A stretch of DNA of 64,000 nucleotides from Schizochytrium sp. TIO01 (lineage: Eukaryota > Protista > Bigyra: Labyrinthulomycetes). The DNA is taken from contig SMSO01000031.1 in NCBI GenBank assembly GCA_004764695.1, positions 5,562,761 through 5,626,760 of the forward strand, in the 5' to 3' direction. Below, piece after piece: positions 10,273 through 21,072 of this stretch. The position numbers were made by a program, and so were the translations under genes. Below the pieces are notes generated by a model. It saw only the letters and a program-made list of their open reading frames with translations, did not search any database and was not told where the DNA came from. Each line of letters starts with the position of its first letter. Position 1 is the stretch's first letter.

Positions 10273-11661
10273 TTAGCCGTTAATACTGGCGGGTTCATCA
10301 TTGGGCCACAGAAACACCGAACCTGGCCATCTTGTATGAAGGGTTTCTTCAATAGGATTGCCCAAACCATGGGTAGATGGGGCCTGGAGATCCCTAGATA
10401 GCACAGTCAACTGAAACTCTGTAATCGTTGGGCCCTGGCGCTGACCCTGTCGAGTGGTGATAAGACCGTTAATATGAGTAAGGCCAAGGGTGTGTGGCTC
10501 ATCATTGTCCTCGTCCCGACCATCATCATTCACCATATCATCGCGACGAGGCGTGTCACAAATCTCACAACGATCAGTATCTTTGGAATTGAGATATGTG
10601 CAGGCAGAGCAGTTCCAGTCGCGTGGAGGGACCAAAAGTGGTTTGACCTTTCTCCAAAAATCATCCCATAGTACTAGCTGGGAGCCTGGAACCTCAACCT
10701 GGCTAACCAGATCTGCGAATTGCTTGTCACTCAGTTCAAGATCAAGCGAACGCATCACCTCTCCAAGGTTTTCTACAGAAATAAAACCATTTTCCTCACG
10801 ATCTTGCTCCTTGAATGCGCGCTTGGCCTTTGCAAGCGCAGCCTGACGTTCGGACTCCTTGTTGATATTTGGGTCGGTCCCAAAAAGGACTGTATAGTGC
10901 GAGTCGCTGCCCACAACCCAAACGGGAAGGAAGGGTTTCTTTAGGAATGAACCTACTTCACAATACCGCAAAGCCTCAAGATGAGTGAGATAACCAATCG
11001 AGGGTCGCGACGGAACTCCTCGGAGAATCATTCCTCCGCCCATGTCCACAGTCCCGTCATGCACCTGGCTCGCGGCAACACCCACGAGCAAGAGATTCAT
11101 GAGTTCCTGTGTACAGTGTCCAAATTGGCCTGTCAGGCCCGCAGATGGATCATCCATGTCGTCGCGAATTTGCTCTGGTGTGCGTGTGAGCATGAGACTG
11201 TACATAAAGAGCATAATACCACCTGCTGCGGAGTACTCCGTATCAAGGTGTTCTGCAAGTGCAGCTCCAACCTCTTCCAGCGTCCTACATTCCTGTGCAC
11301 TGATATTATCGTCCTGAACGCTGCCATAACAGACCCTCACAGGAGCATTGTCGCCAGGTCGAGCTTGCCAAAGGATTGCAGCAAGGCCTTCTACAAGAGC
11401 TTGTCCTGCTTCGTCTCTGTCAACTTGTGAAAGCACATTGGGACCTCCATCAGCATGGTCGAAAAGCAAATGTGCTATAACTTGACCTTGCACAGCGGCC
11501 AATACTCCGCACGGTCCTCCTAGTCGCTGCTCCAGCACGTATACGGGGGCCCTTGCGAAGCCAAATTTCTCCCCAACCCAGCGTTCCAAGTCCGTCGCAT
11601 TGATCGAGTCTGACGGGAACCCTAGCTCGCGGAGTGGAGCCACATTCACCCTAGTCCCCAT
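10273..11661 (-). CDS. MINDY-3/4 (FAM188) family deubiquitinase with EF-hand and NZF/RanBP2 zinc finger
   Basis: Catalytic Cys motif QRLGGPCGVLAAVQ, GHCTQELMNLLLVG, catalytic His motif WVVGSDSHYTVLF. EF-hand DREENGFISVENL. Zinc finger WNCSACTYLN...CEICDTPR. First ATG at 11661. Confidence 0.9.
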   Translation of the reverse strand: MGTRVNVAPLRELGFPSDSINATDLERWVGEKFGFARAPVYVLEQRLGGPCGVLAAVQGQVIAHLLFDHADGGPNVLSQVDRDEAGQALVEGLAAILWQARPGDNAPVRVCYGSVQDDNISAQECRTLEEVGAALAEHLDTEYSAAGGIMLFMYSLMLTRTPEQIRDDMDDPSAGLTGQFGHCTQELMNLLLVGVAASQVHDGTVDMGGGMILRGVPSRPSIGYLTHLEALRYCEVGSFLKKPFLPVWVVGSDSHYTVLFGTDPNINKESERQAALAKAKRAFKEQDREENGFISVENLGEVMRSLDLELSDKQFADLVSQVEVPGSQLVLWDDFWRKVKPLLVPPRDWNCSACTYLNSKDTDRCEICDTPRRDDMVNDDGRDEDNDEPHTLGLTHINGLITTRQGQRQGPTITEFQLTVLSRDLQAPSTHGLGNPIEETLHTRWPGSVFLWPNDEPASING

Positions 11662-13804
11662 GTTGCCTGATCTCACGCCTTTCTGGCGTTTCTGTAGTCA
11701 AAAACTGGCTTACTTTTGCAGATAATGAGGCGAATTTCCCTCGCAAGCCTCACTCAGACCTTGTGCCGTCGTATATTCTCCCTTACTGAGGCTTCTCGTG
11801 CGTTGAAAGTTTACAGTTCGGGTCTGCGAACCCGATGAAGATACCTTGAACTCACTCAGATTCTTTCGAATTCCTTCTTTCTTCAAAATATCGATTCTTC
11901 AATGAAACGCGCCGAGGTGTATAAACGAGGACCGCCCCTGGGAAGGGTTCTCGAGGCTAAGCCGCCCTCACTGCAGATGCAGATCTGTCTGGCTTGACGA
12001 TCAGGATCGTCTGTAGGCTTGCGCGGACTGTATTGTCCAAACTTGGCGGTGTGTACATTTTTCGGTCATTATTTGTAACTTGTCTAAAGTCTCTTTGGTC
12101 AAAAAACGACGGTGAGATTCGTGATAATTTTAGGCTCGACTCAGCAAACCGCGTATCTGGTATTCCCATTGTAGAGCAGTCGCATGAAATGAGCTCAACG
12201 TTTTTCTAGGCTCTAAAAAGAGACAGACCAATAGTGACGGCAATATATAGAATAACGAATTGCGTGACAAAGGATGTTTCATTAACGTTTTGTTGTATTT
12301 TATTCGCTCGAGATTGCCAGAATGCGGTTAAGAATCACCCCCTTGCTGAAAGCGCCACGGTCGCCAGTTGAGGTATTTATGCAAGGGTGTCACTCGAGGG
12401 TGCAGAGTATCGTATTAAATGTAGTGCCTCATTTAATTCACGCCTTAGATTTGTCTAAGTCAAATGCGACTAGGGTAGAATTTGTTACGATGGGTACATG
12501 CAAATTAGCTTTTAATCAACTTCCAATGGACTACAAACGTGCAACCAGGACAATGCGGAATCATGGTAGCTCCTTTATAATACACACGGAACGTGAGCAA
12601 GCACTCAGCTGCAGTAATGAAAGATATAAGTTCTTCTGAGGTGTTGTTGTAACAATATCCTGCAGGAACCAAACTACCTACAGGATGAAGACCGAGCTAC
12701 AAGCTGTTTTCAAAGCAACATCCTCCCTTTCCCCTAGAGACGAACTTTGTTAATACGCATGCAGGCATTTCTCAAGTGTTTTCCTGCTCGTCGACTACAT
12801 CCATTACCATCACGAAAGTTGCGTTTCTTTTTGTAGATTAGCAGCAACCGTAGTACGTCTACAATTCCCTCCGAACAAAATCGTTCTTGAACCTATTTTA
12901 CTCCCTGCGCTTTAGCGAAAAGTTTGTTTCATTTAGCGACCCGTCACTCATTCTCTTTTATAATGATGCTACAACCTCCTTCAATCTCGTAGCTCTTTTC
13001 ACCAGTACCTTTGATCCCAGCTAATACTTTTTTTCTGCTGATCTCAAATTACATGCTCCCCAAGAACAGCAGCATGATCAACCAAACCCGCTTCGCAGGT
13101 AATGGATCTCAGACAACAAAATAAAGAAAGCAAACTAACAATATGTAAGTAGCAAACGAAGGTTGTATTCGTTCGTTTGCTACCTCCAACGAGTAAGCCA
13201 GAGGCACCATGGTTTCCGCTAAGTGCACGGAAGAGGTGCCTAATAAGATAATCGAAAAGGCCCTTTTCAGAGCTTAAAAGGCACTTTAAAATGGCGAATA
13301 ATAATACTAAATGCTCAATCTTTTTATATCACGACAATGAATGATTTTCTGTTTTTTATGTCTGAGGAGGGAAGACGAAGAAGGAGCGCTGAGCCGCTGT
13401 CGTTGCTGCAGCAAACTCCGATCGGTGAAGTCTCGGCGCTTGTTACGTCCGAGATATTCTGGTGTGTGTAGAGTAGAGGCCTTCTACAGGTCCGCTTCTC
13501 CGCGTGTTAGCTTTGGTGTTACCGAAGGTTGGTCGAGCAGCAACATCATCCAAGCAGACTCCGGAACACCTGACCTCTTCAATCCTTAATCTACATAGTC
13601 AGCTAGCTTCTCCAGCTCCAGAGAGCCTTGCGAAACGTAGTTTTCGGTCTTTTGTGTGGAGTGTAGAAGCTTCAAGAATTTAGACTTGATCGAATTTAAG
13701 CCTCGTCAATTTTGCGAGACACCTATAGTGCCTTTATCAATTTGCTCTTTTGGTCTTGAAACGCTGTTGTCGATCATTCGCTCGCAAAATCGGCGCTCAG
13801 GACG

Positions 13805-14752
13805 ATGATTGGAATTATGAAAAAGAAACAAGAGCAGGAGGCCGCGAAGGCACTTGCCGAGGCGGAAGCCTCCAGAGCCGTTGATAATGAATCTGAGGTC
13901 TCTGGTGAGGGCAAGGAATCTTCTGCAGCAAATGGCGACGAAGGTAAATCTGGCAACGATGTGGTCGGCGTGAGTGATGGCGACGATGCACAGGCGAGTG
14001 GAGGTCGTGGTCGCGGTCGTGGTCGTGGCAGTGTGAATATCTTTGGAGTCAAAGGCGCCAAGGCCGCCAAGAAGACTGGTCGTCGTTTGCGTCCGGGTGA
14101 GATTCGTGTACAAAAGGACGTATCGGAGCTTGATGGCGGAGACTGCGCTAAGGCCCACTTCCCGAACCCAAATGACCTTATGAACTTTCAGGTTGTGGTC
14201 TCTCCGGATGATGGCTACTGGAAAGGTTTCCGCTACACATTCCAGTTCACAGTACCGGACATGTACCCGCACGAACCGCCCAAGGTGAAGTGCATCGAAA
14301 AGATCTACCACCCTAACATTGACTATGAGGGTAATGTCTGCCTCAACATTCTTCGTGCGGACTGGAAACCGGTGCTTGATATTAATGCAGTCATCTATGG
14401 TCTCATTGTTCTTTTTGTACAGCCTAACCCGGATGACCCTCTTAACCACGGTAAGTTGACGTTTCCTAAACCTTTTGAGTGGCCCATGCTATTTATTGCA
14501 GGACTCTCCTCCCCCCCAAAAAACAGATACATTTGGCTTCATTTACATTTTTTGTTCGATATACTAACTTCGTTTTATTATTTCATTATGCACAAATAAT
14601 GCAAAACACCACGTATACACTACGTTAATACTTTGATAGAGGCCGCCGAGACCATGCGAAAGAACAAGTCTCTTTTCATCCAAAATGTGCAGCGCTCGCT
14701 TAAGGGCTACCCTGTTGATGGCGAGAACTTCCCGCCAGCAATTAAGGCATGA
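13805..14752 (+). CDS. UBC12: NEDD8-conjugating enzyme Ubc12; join(13805..14450,14640..14752), 252 aa
   Basis: UBC core (PPKVKC..KIYHPNIDYEGNVCLNILRADWKPVL, PNPDDPLN) and N-terminal MIGIMKKKQ resembling the Ubc12 docking peptide. Splicing the GT-AG intron at 14451-14639 restores the conserved C-terminus HEAAETMRKNKSLFIQNVQRSLKGYPVDGENFP*. Confidence 0.92.
14451..14639 (+). other. Spliceosomal intron (189 nt) of UBC12
   Basis: Donor G|GTAAGT, branch-point-like TACTAAC at 14562-14568, acceptor TAG at 14637-14639. The reading frame is restored across it. Confidence 0.88.
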
Positions 14753-16186
14753 GCACGTACCTTGCCTCATTTTAACTCACATTAACAAAGAAAACCAACT
14801 GAATATTCAATCCCCTCTTAATTTTCAAAACAATGACACCTGTGTCCTTCCTCGAGATGTGTGGTTTTATGCGATGTTCCCAATTGACTGAATACTATTT
14901 CGAGCTCTGCGTTGTTGCTATTAGTAAGTCTTGCAAAAATTGCAAAACCCGTTCAGCTCAAAACTACACCTTCAGTCTTGTTCGTAAAAACTAGACTGCT
15001 TTTATGAAATCCCTAATCAGAGATACTCCTTTCAATCATTTAACTGGGGTAAGATCTCAAGGGAGAAGGTAGCATGAGTCCTAGTAGTACTTCTGCAGAT
15101 ACCTCTTTGACACAACCGCTCACAGAACCAATTCATCGAGCCTACAACCGTAGCAACATAAATCTATTGAGCTTCCGCTCGTGCTTTCAGATTCGAACTA
15201 GCCTATGGCATCTACAAAGGCAACAACTATCCATGATGCACTATCTTGGCAGGTACCTGTACAAGCTCACTACTACGCTTTGTTCCAATGCAAATAAGGT
15301 CTTTCGGGAATGCTTTTAGAATATTTGTCATGTTTGAACCCTTCTAACAAGGAGTAGGAACCAGGGGATGGGAAGGCGAGCAAGCATGTATGTCAGTGTT
15401 TGGTTCGAATCCATTCAAATTCAAATTCTGCAATTAATCGACTCTCATACAAAACGCTCACTCTTCAGGAAGGCTTATTCGTTCAAGCAAATGTAATCTA
15501 AACAACGCGAATCAGGTGAGGGTGAACAGGTGAGTGCAGTAATAAGCTTGATAAGCAGGAAAAGTACCACGAGGACAAAACCAGCTGCTGGTACTAGCTC
15601 TGTGCTCGGCCCAAATCAAGACATACTCGATGGAGCTTAGGCTCATATTTGAAGAGCTCAAAGGAAGCCTTGATCTTTAACAAGAAGGTAGAATCATGCC
15701 TGACAGGCAAGCTCTTTGGGAGGTTACAAAGTATTGCTGATACTGCTTTAGTTATTCTTATGGCAAAAACGATTTTCCTTAGCCATGGAGTTTTCTTTTC
15801 TAGTGTTTGGTCAAGATATTAGTTGCAGACGGTGTTGAGATGCCATTTTACACAGAGGTGAGTTTTTGGAGAACCTCTACTATTGCTAGCCTATGAAGGG
15901 TGTAATTGTAGGTGTAGAAAACAATGACGAAAATTAGAGATTATACTCAAGATGGCATCAACAGGTGGAAAGGAAGGTCTGCAGAAGTTCTGTAATGCGC
16001 ATTTACGCCCACTCCTGATAAATCAGCAACGAAGACTGATAGTATACTTCAGTTGATAATTTATAGACTCCTTCTAGGCCCAGAAATTTGACTTCATGAA
16101 CCAGGGACTATGTGAGACGCGAACGCGACTCTTGTACCCGGTTTATTGTCAAAGATATGATTGACCTATAACGTGCATTTTAAGGA

Positions 16187-16208
16187 GTGTGTGTGTGTGT
16201 GTGTGTGT
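16187..16208. repeat. (GT)11 microsatellite
   Basis: Perfect GT dinucleotide run. Confidence 0.9.
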
Positions 16209-17831
16209 GGGATGGGGTTCATTTGAAATTCTCGTCCTTGAAGCTCAAATAAGTAACAGTCGCACCAGGTCAGCAATAGCTACATATCATCTGTTTAAGA
16301 AAAATGATGATTCTGAATCAACAACTGAACACGTTTCACAGCGCATCTTTCTTTTACTCTGTACAAGCTGCAACACGAGCAAATAGGAGAACGAGAAAAC
16401 TAGCAGCTCCCAAAAGATCAAAGGAAATAAAGAATACAATGATGTTGTTTGTAAATAAGTTTTCACTATAATGCTAACTCTTTGAGTTCCTATGGAGCCC
16501 CTTGCTTCACTATTATATCTTAGTCTAGATATACAAAGCTGAACTCGCGAATTTTTGGGGTAGTCGAAAAACGTTAACACGCTTTGATTCGTTATGCTAA
16601 ACACTACTAAACACTACTAAGCATGTGAGACTCCTTCCATTGAGACCTAATATGGGCCTCGAAAACGTTGAAAGTACTATGTTTGCGCAACCCATTTTAC
16701 GGAAAATCTTAATTGTCAGGTGCGTTCTTGTATTGTGTTCTATTTGGAGTAAAAGAACAAACTATCAGGCTTGATATTAGTGTAGCTATGACAAAAACCG
16801 AACTTGCCATTTTTGGGGGGGGCGTCTCTCGGCAAGGGCTGCTTCGACCTTCATACGACATCAAAACCGATAGCTCCATCATTATCATGGCAATCATTTA
16901 TATTTTAATTTTTTTAATTTTTCGGTTGTGGACGAGAAACTCAGGCTATCAATTATATTTTTTTTGCTACTGTTTCTCCCAATGGGTGAAGGAGGTCACG
17001 ATGGAGGCCAGTCTAAAAATAAGACCAGACCAGCCTGTTAGCTAACTTCCCGCGAAGCTTTCGCAGGCTGCAGGAGGTCGCAACTATGTCGCAACAGAGC
17101 GAAAGCCCCAAACTCCATCAAAGGTTGCGTCGGTCTCATATTAAAAGTGAAAAAGCAATACAAACCTAAAAGTGTCGTGTGCAAGTGCTTATTCTTGCAT
17201 CGAATGGATGCACCGTGTGCCCAAAAGCTCGAACACCTGGTCAACCAGCTGGACTTTCATGGCCTTCCGGGACATTCACTTTGAAGAATTTAATTGCTCT
17301 AGTTATAACCGATCTTAAGTACATTTTCTTCAAGGCCATTTCCAACGCCTGTAGCTGTTGCTTCCTAAACTCATCACGAATTCTGATGATGACCATGATT
17401 GTGATGAATAAAACCACTTTATGCGAGCAGGTCCCGGTCCCGGAGTGTGCGCTGCACCGGTTTCATCCTACCTCCCCTTGCACTTGAATGAACATAAGAG
17501 ATATTAAACAAATAATTTTAATTGGGGGGCAATTAAGGACTTTCAGAAATGCACGCGCTGGACAAGTTACTATTGGGGTTAATGTTATGTAAGTTCCTAT
17601 GATCATGGAAATAATGGAGATGGAAAGAATCAATGCACTTCGAGTAGGTAATAAAGTAGCAACAAACTATCAAGTACTACAGACAAGTAGATGCCAGGAA
17701 GGGTTTCTTCACTCACGTATGGGTTTTGTGAGAGCATAACTCCAACTTCCCCCTGCGAGTTGCATTGGAGTTTGTCTGGAGCAAACGCGAAAGCCTAGCC
17801 TGGTGCTGGGGGAAACCTGCTGCTCAACACC

Positions 17832-20357
17832 ATGGCCAGACTCGCGGCTTCTATGGCCTATACGGCGACTTTGTTTACGCTTGTAGTGGTCTTCCTAATT
17901 GCACGGGCACAAGCGCGACTCTCTGCGACATCACGAGAGCTTCTTGCTCGAGACCAAAGGATCCTTGATGATATTGAGAAATTCGATGTCTTGGATCGCA
18001 TTGTGGACCGTCATGAACACCGTCGTATTCTTAGGTCTTCAGAGACGGATTTCTCGTTCACAGCGCTTGGAGCGACGCATAATTTTGAGCTTACTGTGCG
18101 TCGCGGACTCTTTGACCAGAACTTTACCTTTGTTGGGCTCGATGGTGCTGGTAAGCCTTCGCAGCTTAGCAAAGAAAAAGACTGTATCTTCAAAGGCCCG
18201 AAGAAAGAGACCTTTTCATTTTGTGGAGGCGTCGTGTATGGGCGCTTTTTGCACGAAGATGAGTACGTTCATGTAAAGCCTCTTCCTTCGGGACGGCATG
18301 TTGTCTTTCGCCAGCGCCATCTTAAACAAGTTGAGCCTGGCTCATGTGGCATTACGGACGACAACCTTGCCCGATTTTCTAATATTGACGGCATCAATTT
18401 GGACATTCTTAAAGGCCGTGAGCTTCACATTTCTGATGATTCGCCTCGACATTTGCATAGCCACGAAGGGCGCCATTTGCATCACGAGGTGCATGAGAAA
18501 GCCGCAACTTTGCAAGATGCCCATGATAAATATGAGGCAACATTTTCGAGTACATCGTCACCATATCTTGATCGTTTGGAACGGCGTCGCCTTGCTGAAA
18601 CTCGTACAGTCGATATTGTCGTTGTTAACGATAATCTTCGCTATGAAGAATATGGCTCTGGGGTCCTCGCTAACACGGCATATATTGTCAGTCTTGTGGC
18701 CGACCTCTATGACGAAATGGACAATGATTATCTAGTCAATATTAACTTGGTTTCTGTAGTCGTATTTACTGAAAGCGACCCGTGGACAATTTCTCTCACA
18801 AACGATGACCAAAGTGTCGATGCAACGACCTTACTCAACCTCTTTTCGGATTACGTCTACAGCGTTGATACTACTCTGACCTCTTATCTTGGTAACAGTT
18901 TTGATCATGCGATGCATCTTTCAGGGTATGATTTCTATGACGATGATAGCTCTAGTAGCGCCGTCGTTGGACTCGCTTGGGTTGGCCAACTCTGTGTTGA
19001 CGATAATAACGCTGTGAGCCCCTCTAGTCGTAACACGGCAATTACTCAGGCCAACTATGATGATGAGAAGTATGTGGCGAATATCTTTACCCACGAGCTC
19101 GGTCATAACCTTGGTATGCAGCACACCAACGTTCAAAGCACAACTTATGCTGCGGATTCGCCCTGTAACACAGACGCTGACGAGGTTATGGATCCAAGTG
19201 CTTCGTATGACCCCGTTTGGGCATCTTGCTCTCCAGAGTACTGGACATCCAAGGTAAATGGCGTCGGATCATACTCTGCTGCCACGTGCACTACATCTGA
19301 CACAACCGTCCACAGCAGCTGCGGAAATGGTATCGTGGAGGGGGATGAGGAATGCGACTGTTTGTATGGCGACTGCAGTGGCGTTGATGCATGTTGCGAC
19401 GGTAGTACTTGTACCTTTTCGGGATCCTCTGTTTGTAGTGAGCAGGACCCTTGCTGTGAAAATGTTGGTGGAACTTGTATTATTCAAACAGACACATCCA
19501 CTGTTTGTCGGGAATCACAAGACTCAACGTGCGACCCAAGCCCAGAGCAATGCGATGGTGTAAACGCAAAATGCCCCGTGGATGTAGTGACGGCGTCTGG
19601 AACCTCGTGCACAAGTTCTGTGAGTGGCACTGGCGAGTGCTTTTTGGGCGAATGTGTGAGTATTGACGCCCAGTGCGTAGAGATCGGATATGAGTTAGGT
19701 CAATGTGACTTCCCAATTTCTGGCTCAACTCTGTACCAGGCGTGTGATAGTTACATTCGCTGTAAATCTGGCACAAACACTTGTCAGGTATCCATGCCGT
19801 TCTTTCTCAAAAATGGAAGCCCCTGTACCTCAGGTGGTAGTAGTGGCCAGTGCTATGGACGTGTTTGTATAACAGATTCCTCTCAGCTTCCTACGCCTGC
19901 TGATATTGAACAGTGTTCTGATGGTACTAAAAACGGAGATGAGACCGATACAGACTGTGGAGGAGGTTTATGCACTCCTTGCACTGAAGGAAAGTCTTGC
20001 TCAGATGATGATGACTGTTTGTACCCTAGTAGTTGCAATACAACAACTAGCCTATGTGATGTCACTGACTACTACCCCAACGATGAAGGTGGTGATGAGG
20101 AGACCAACTGGCAGAATCAGCTCTCAAGTTATTGGGATAGGTTTAAAGACTGGGTACAAAACAATACAGCTGCTGCAGTTGGTGTTTTCATTGCCATTGG
20201 CATAATTGTACTGTGCTGTGTTGTGGATTGTTGCTGCTGCGGTGGTCGTGATCGTGGTGCCCGCTATGTTCGGGAAGTGCGTATGCGCCCTGCCACTGCC
20301 CCTGTAGCTGAGCCTGTTGTTGCAGTGCCCGACAATAGCAATGCTTACTACAAGTAA
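17832..20357 (+). CDS. ADAM/reprolysin (M12B) membrane metalloprotease with disintegrin and Cys-rich domains
   Basis: Signal peptide; prodomain with cysteine switch GSCG; basic cleavage site LERRRL; zinc motif HELGHNLGMQH; Met-turn VMDP; disintegrin CGNGIVEGDEECDC...CRESQDSTCD; TM helix followed by a Cys-rich tail (CCVVDCCCC). Confidence 0.93.
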   Translation: MARLAASMAYTATLFTLVVVFLIARAQARLSATSRELLARDQRILDDIEKFDVLDRIVDRHEHRRILRSSETDFSFTALGATHNFELTVRRGLFDQNFTFVGLDGAGKPSQLSKEKDCIFKGPKKETFSFCGGVVYGRFLHEDEYVHVKPLPSGRHVVFRQRHLKQVEPGSCGITDDNLARFSNIDGINLDILKGRELHISDDSPRHLHSHEGRHLHHEVHEKAATLQDAHDKYEATFSSTSSPYLDRLERRRLAETRTVDIVVVNDNLRYEEYGSGVLANTAYIVSLVADLYDEMDNDYLVNINLVSVVVFTESDPWTISLTNDDQSVDATTLLNLFSDYVYSVDTTLTSYLGNSFDHAMHLSGYDFYDDDSSSSAVVGLAWVGQLCVDDNNAVSPSSRNTAITQANYDDEKYVANIFTHELGHNLGMQHTNVQSTTYAADSPCNTDADEVMDPSASYDPVWASCSPEYWTSKVNGVGSYSAATCTTSDTTVHSSCGNGIVEGDEECDCLYGDCSGVDACCDGSTCTFSGSSVCSEQDPCCENVGGTCIIQTDTSTVCRESQDSTCDPSPEQCDGVNAKCPVDVVTASGTSCTSSVSGTGECFLGECVSIDAQCVEIGYELGQCDFPISGSTLYQACDSYIRCKSGTNTCQVSMPFFLKNGSPCTSGGSSGQCYGRVCITDSSQLPTPADIEQCSDGTKNGDETDTDCGGGLCTPCTEGKSCSDDDDCLYPSSCNTTTSLCDVTDYYPNDEGGDEETNWQNQLSSYWDRFKDWVQNNTAAAVGVFIAIGIIVLCCVVDCCCCGGRDRGARYVREVRMRPATAPVAEPVVAVPDNSNAYYK

Positions 20358-21072
20358 AAGCTCGTGCACGTTCCCCTACTTCAATACTACTTCATACTTT
20401 CCATCCCAGGAGTATTTCGCACACCTTACCCCATCTCCTATTAAGATGCGCGCGATGGTACTCTTTTCTGTGTTATTCTTCATTTGATGTTCAATTTAAA
20501 AAAAAAAATAGATTTTATGTTTCTCGTTTTCATTCATCATTATATGTTTTTTGTTCCAATCTCTACTATACAGTTGCGCATCGAATAACCCTCCAGAATT
20601 CACTCTACTAAAGCAATATCTTTATCAAGGCGCCGTACTAATTTGATTTGCCATTACAGACGTTTGTGAGCATCCATACATATATTTTTTGAAAATAGAA
20701 AGGAAAAGATTGAATCCCGCGTAAGCCAACAACATTAACAAGAAGCCATATTCTAGTTTGCGGAATACTTCATTTTAGAAGTAGGGGCGTATCCAAACGT
20801 AATTCTTTAAACCCAGGTGCTCCATGATAAAAACGAAAAAAGAAAGAAGGAAGATTGAATATTTTTTCAAAGAGTTCAAAGGGACATAGAAGCGCAACAA
20901 CGACTAGTGAAGGCGCAAAAGATTTGAAGAAGAGAACAGAATTGTGTATGTATACCAAGTGCACAGTCTCCCATCATCATAGTTATCATAAGCACCAGGC
21001 TCGATTGGGGAAATAATCAGAAACACGGGTTTTAAAACAGGCAGGCAGTAGGAAAAGTAGAAGGTACGCACC

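Noticed and set aside
14451-14599. Hydrophobic C-terminus of the 264-aa ORF in the track
   Set aside because: It is intron read-through; the spliced exon 2 gives the conserved Ubc12 C-terminus.
15350-15425. GGTTCGAATCC (tRNA T-loop/B-box) at 15402
   Set aside because: The T-stem pairs only 3 bp, and no acceptor stem, D-arm or anticodon arm can be formed.
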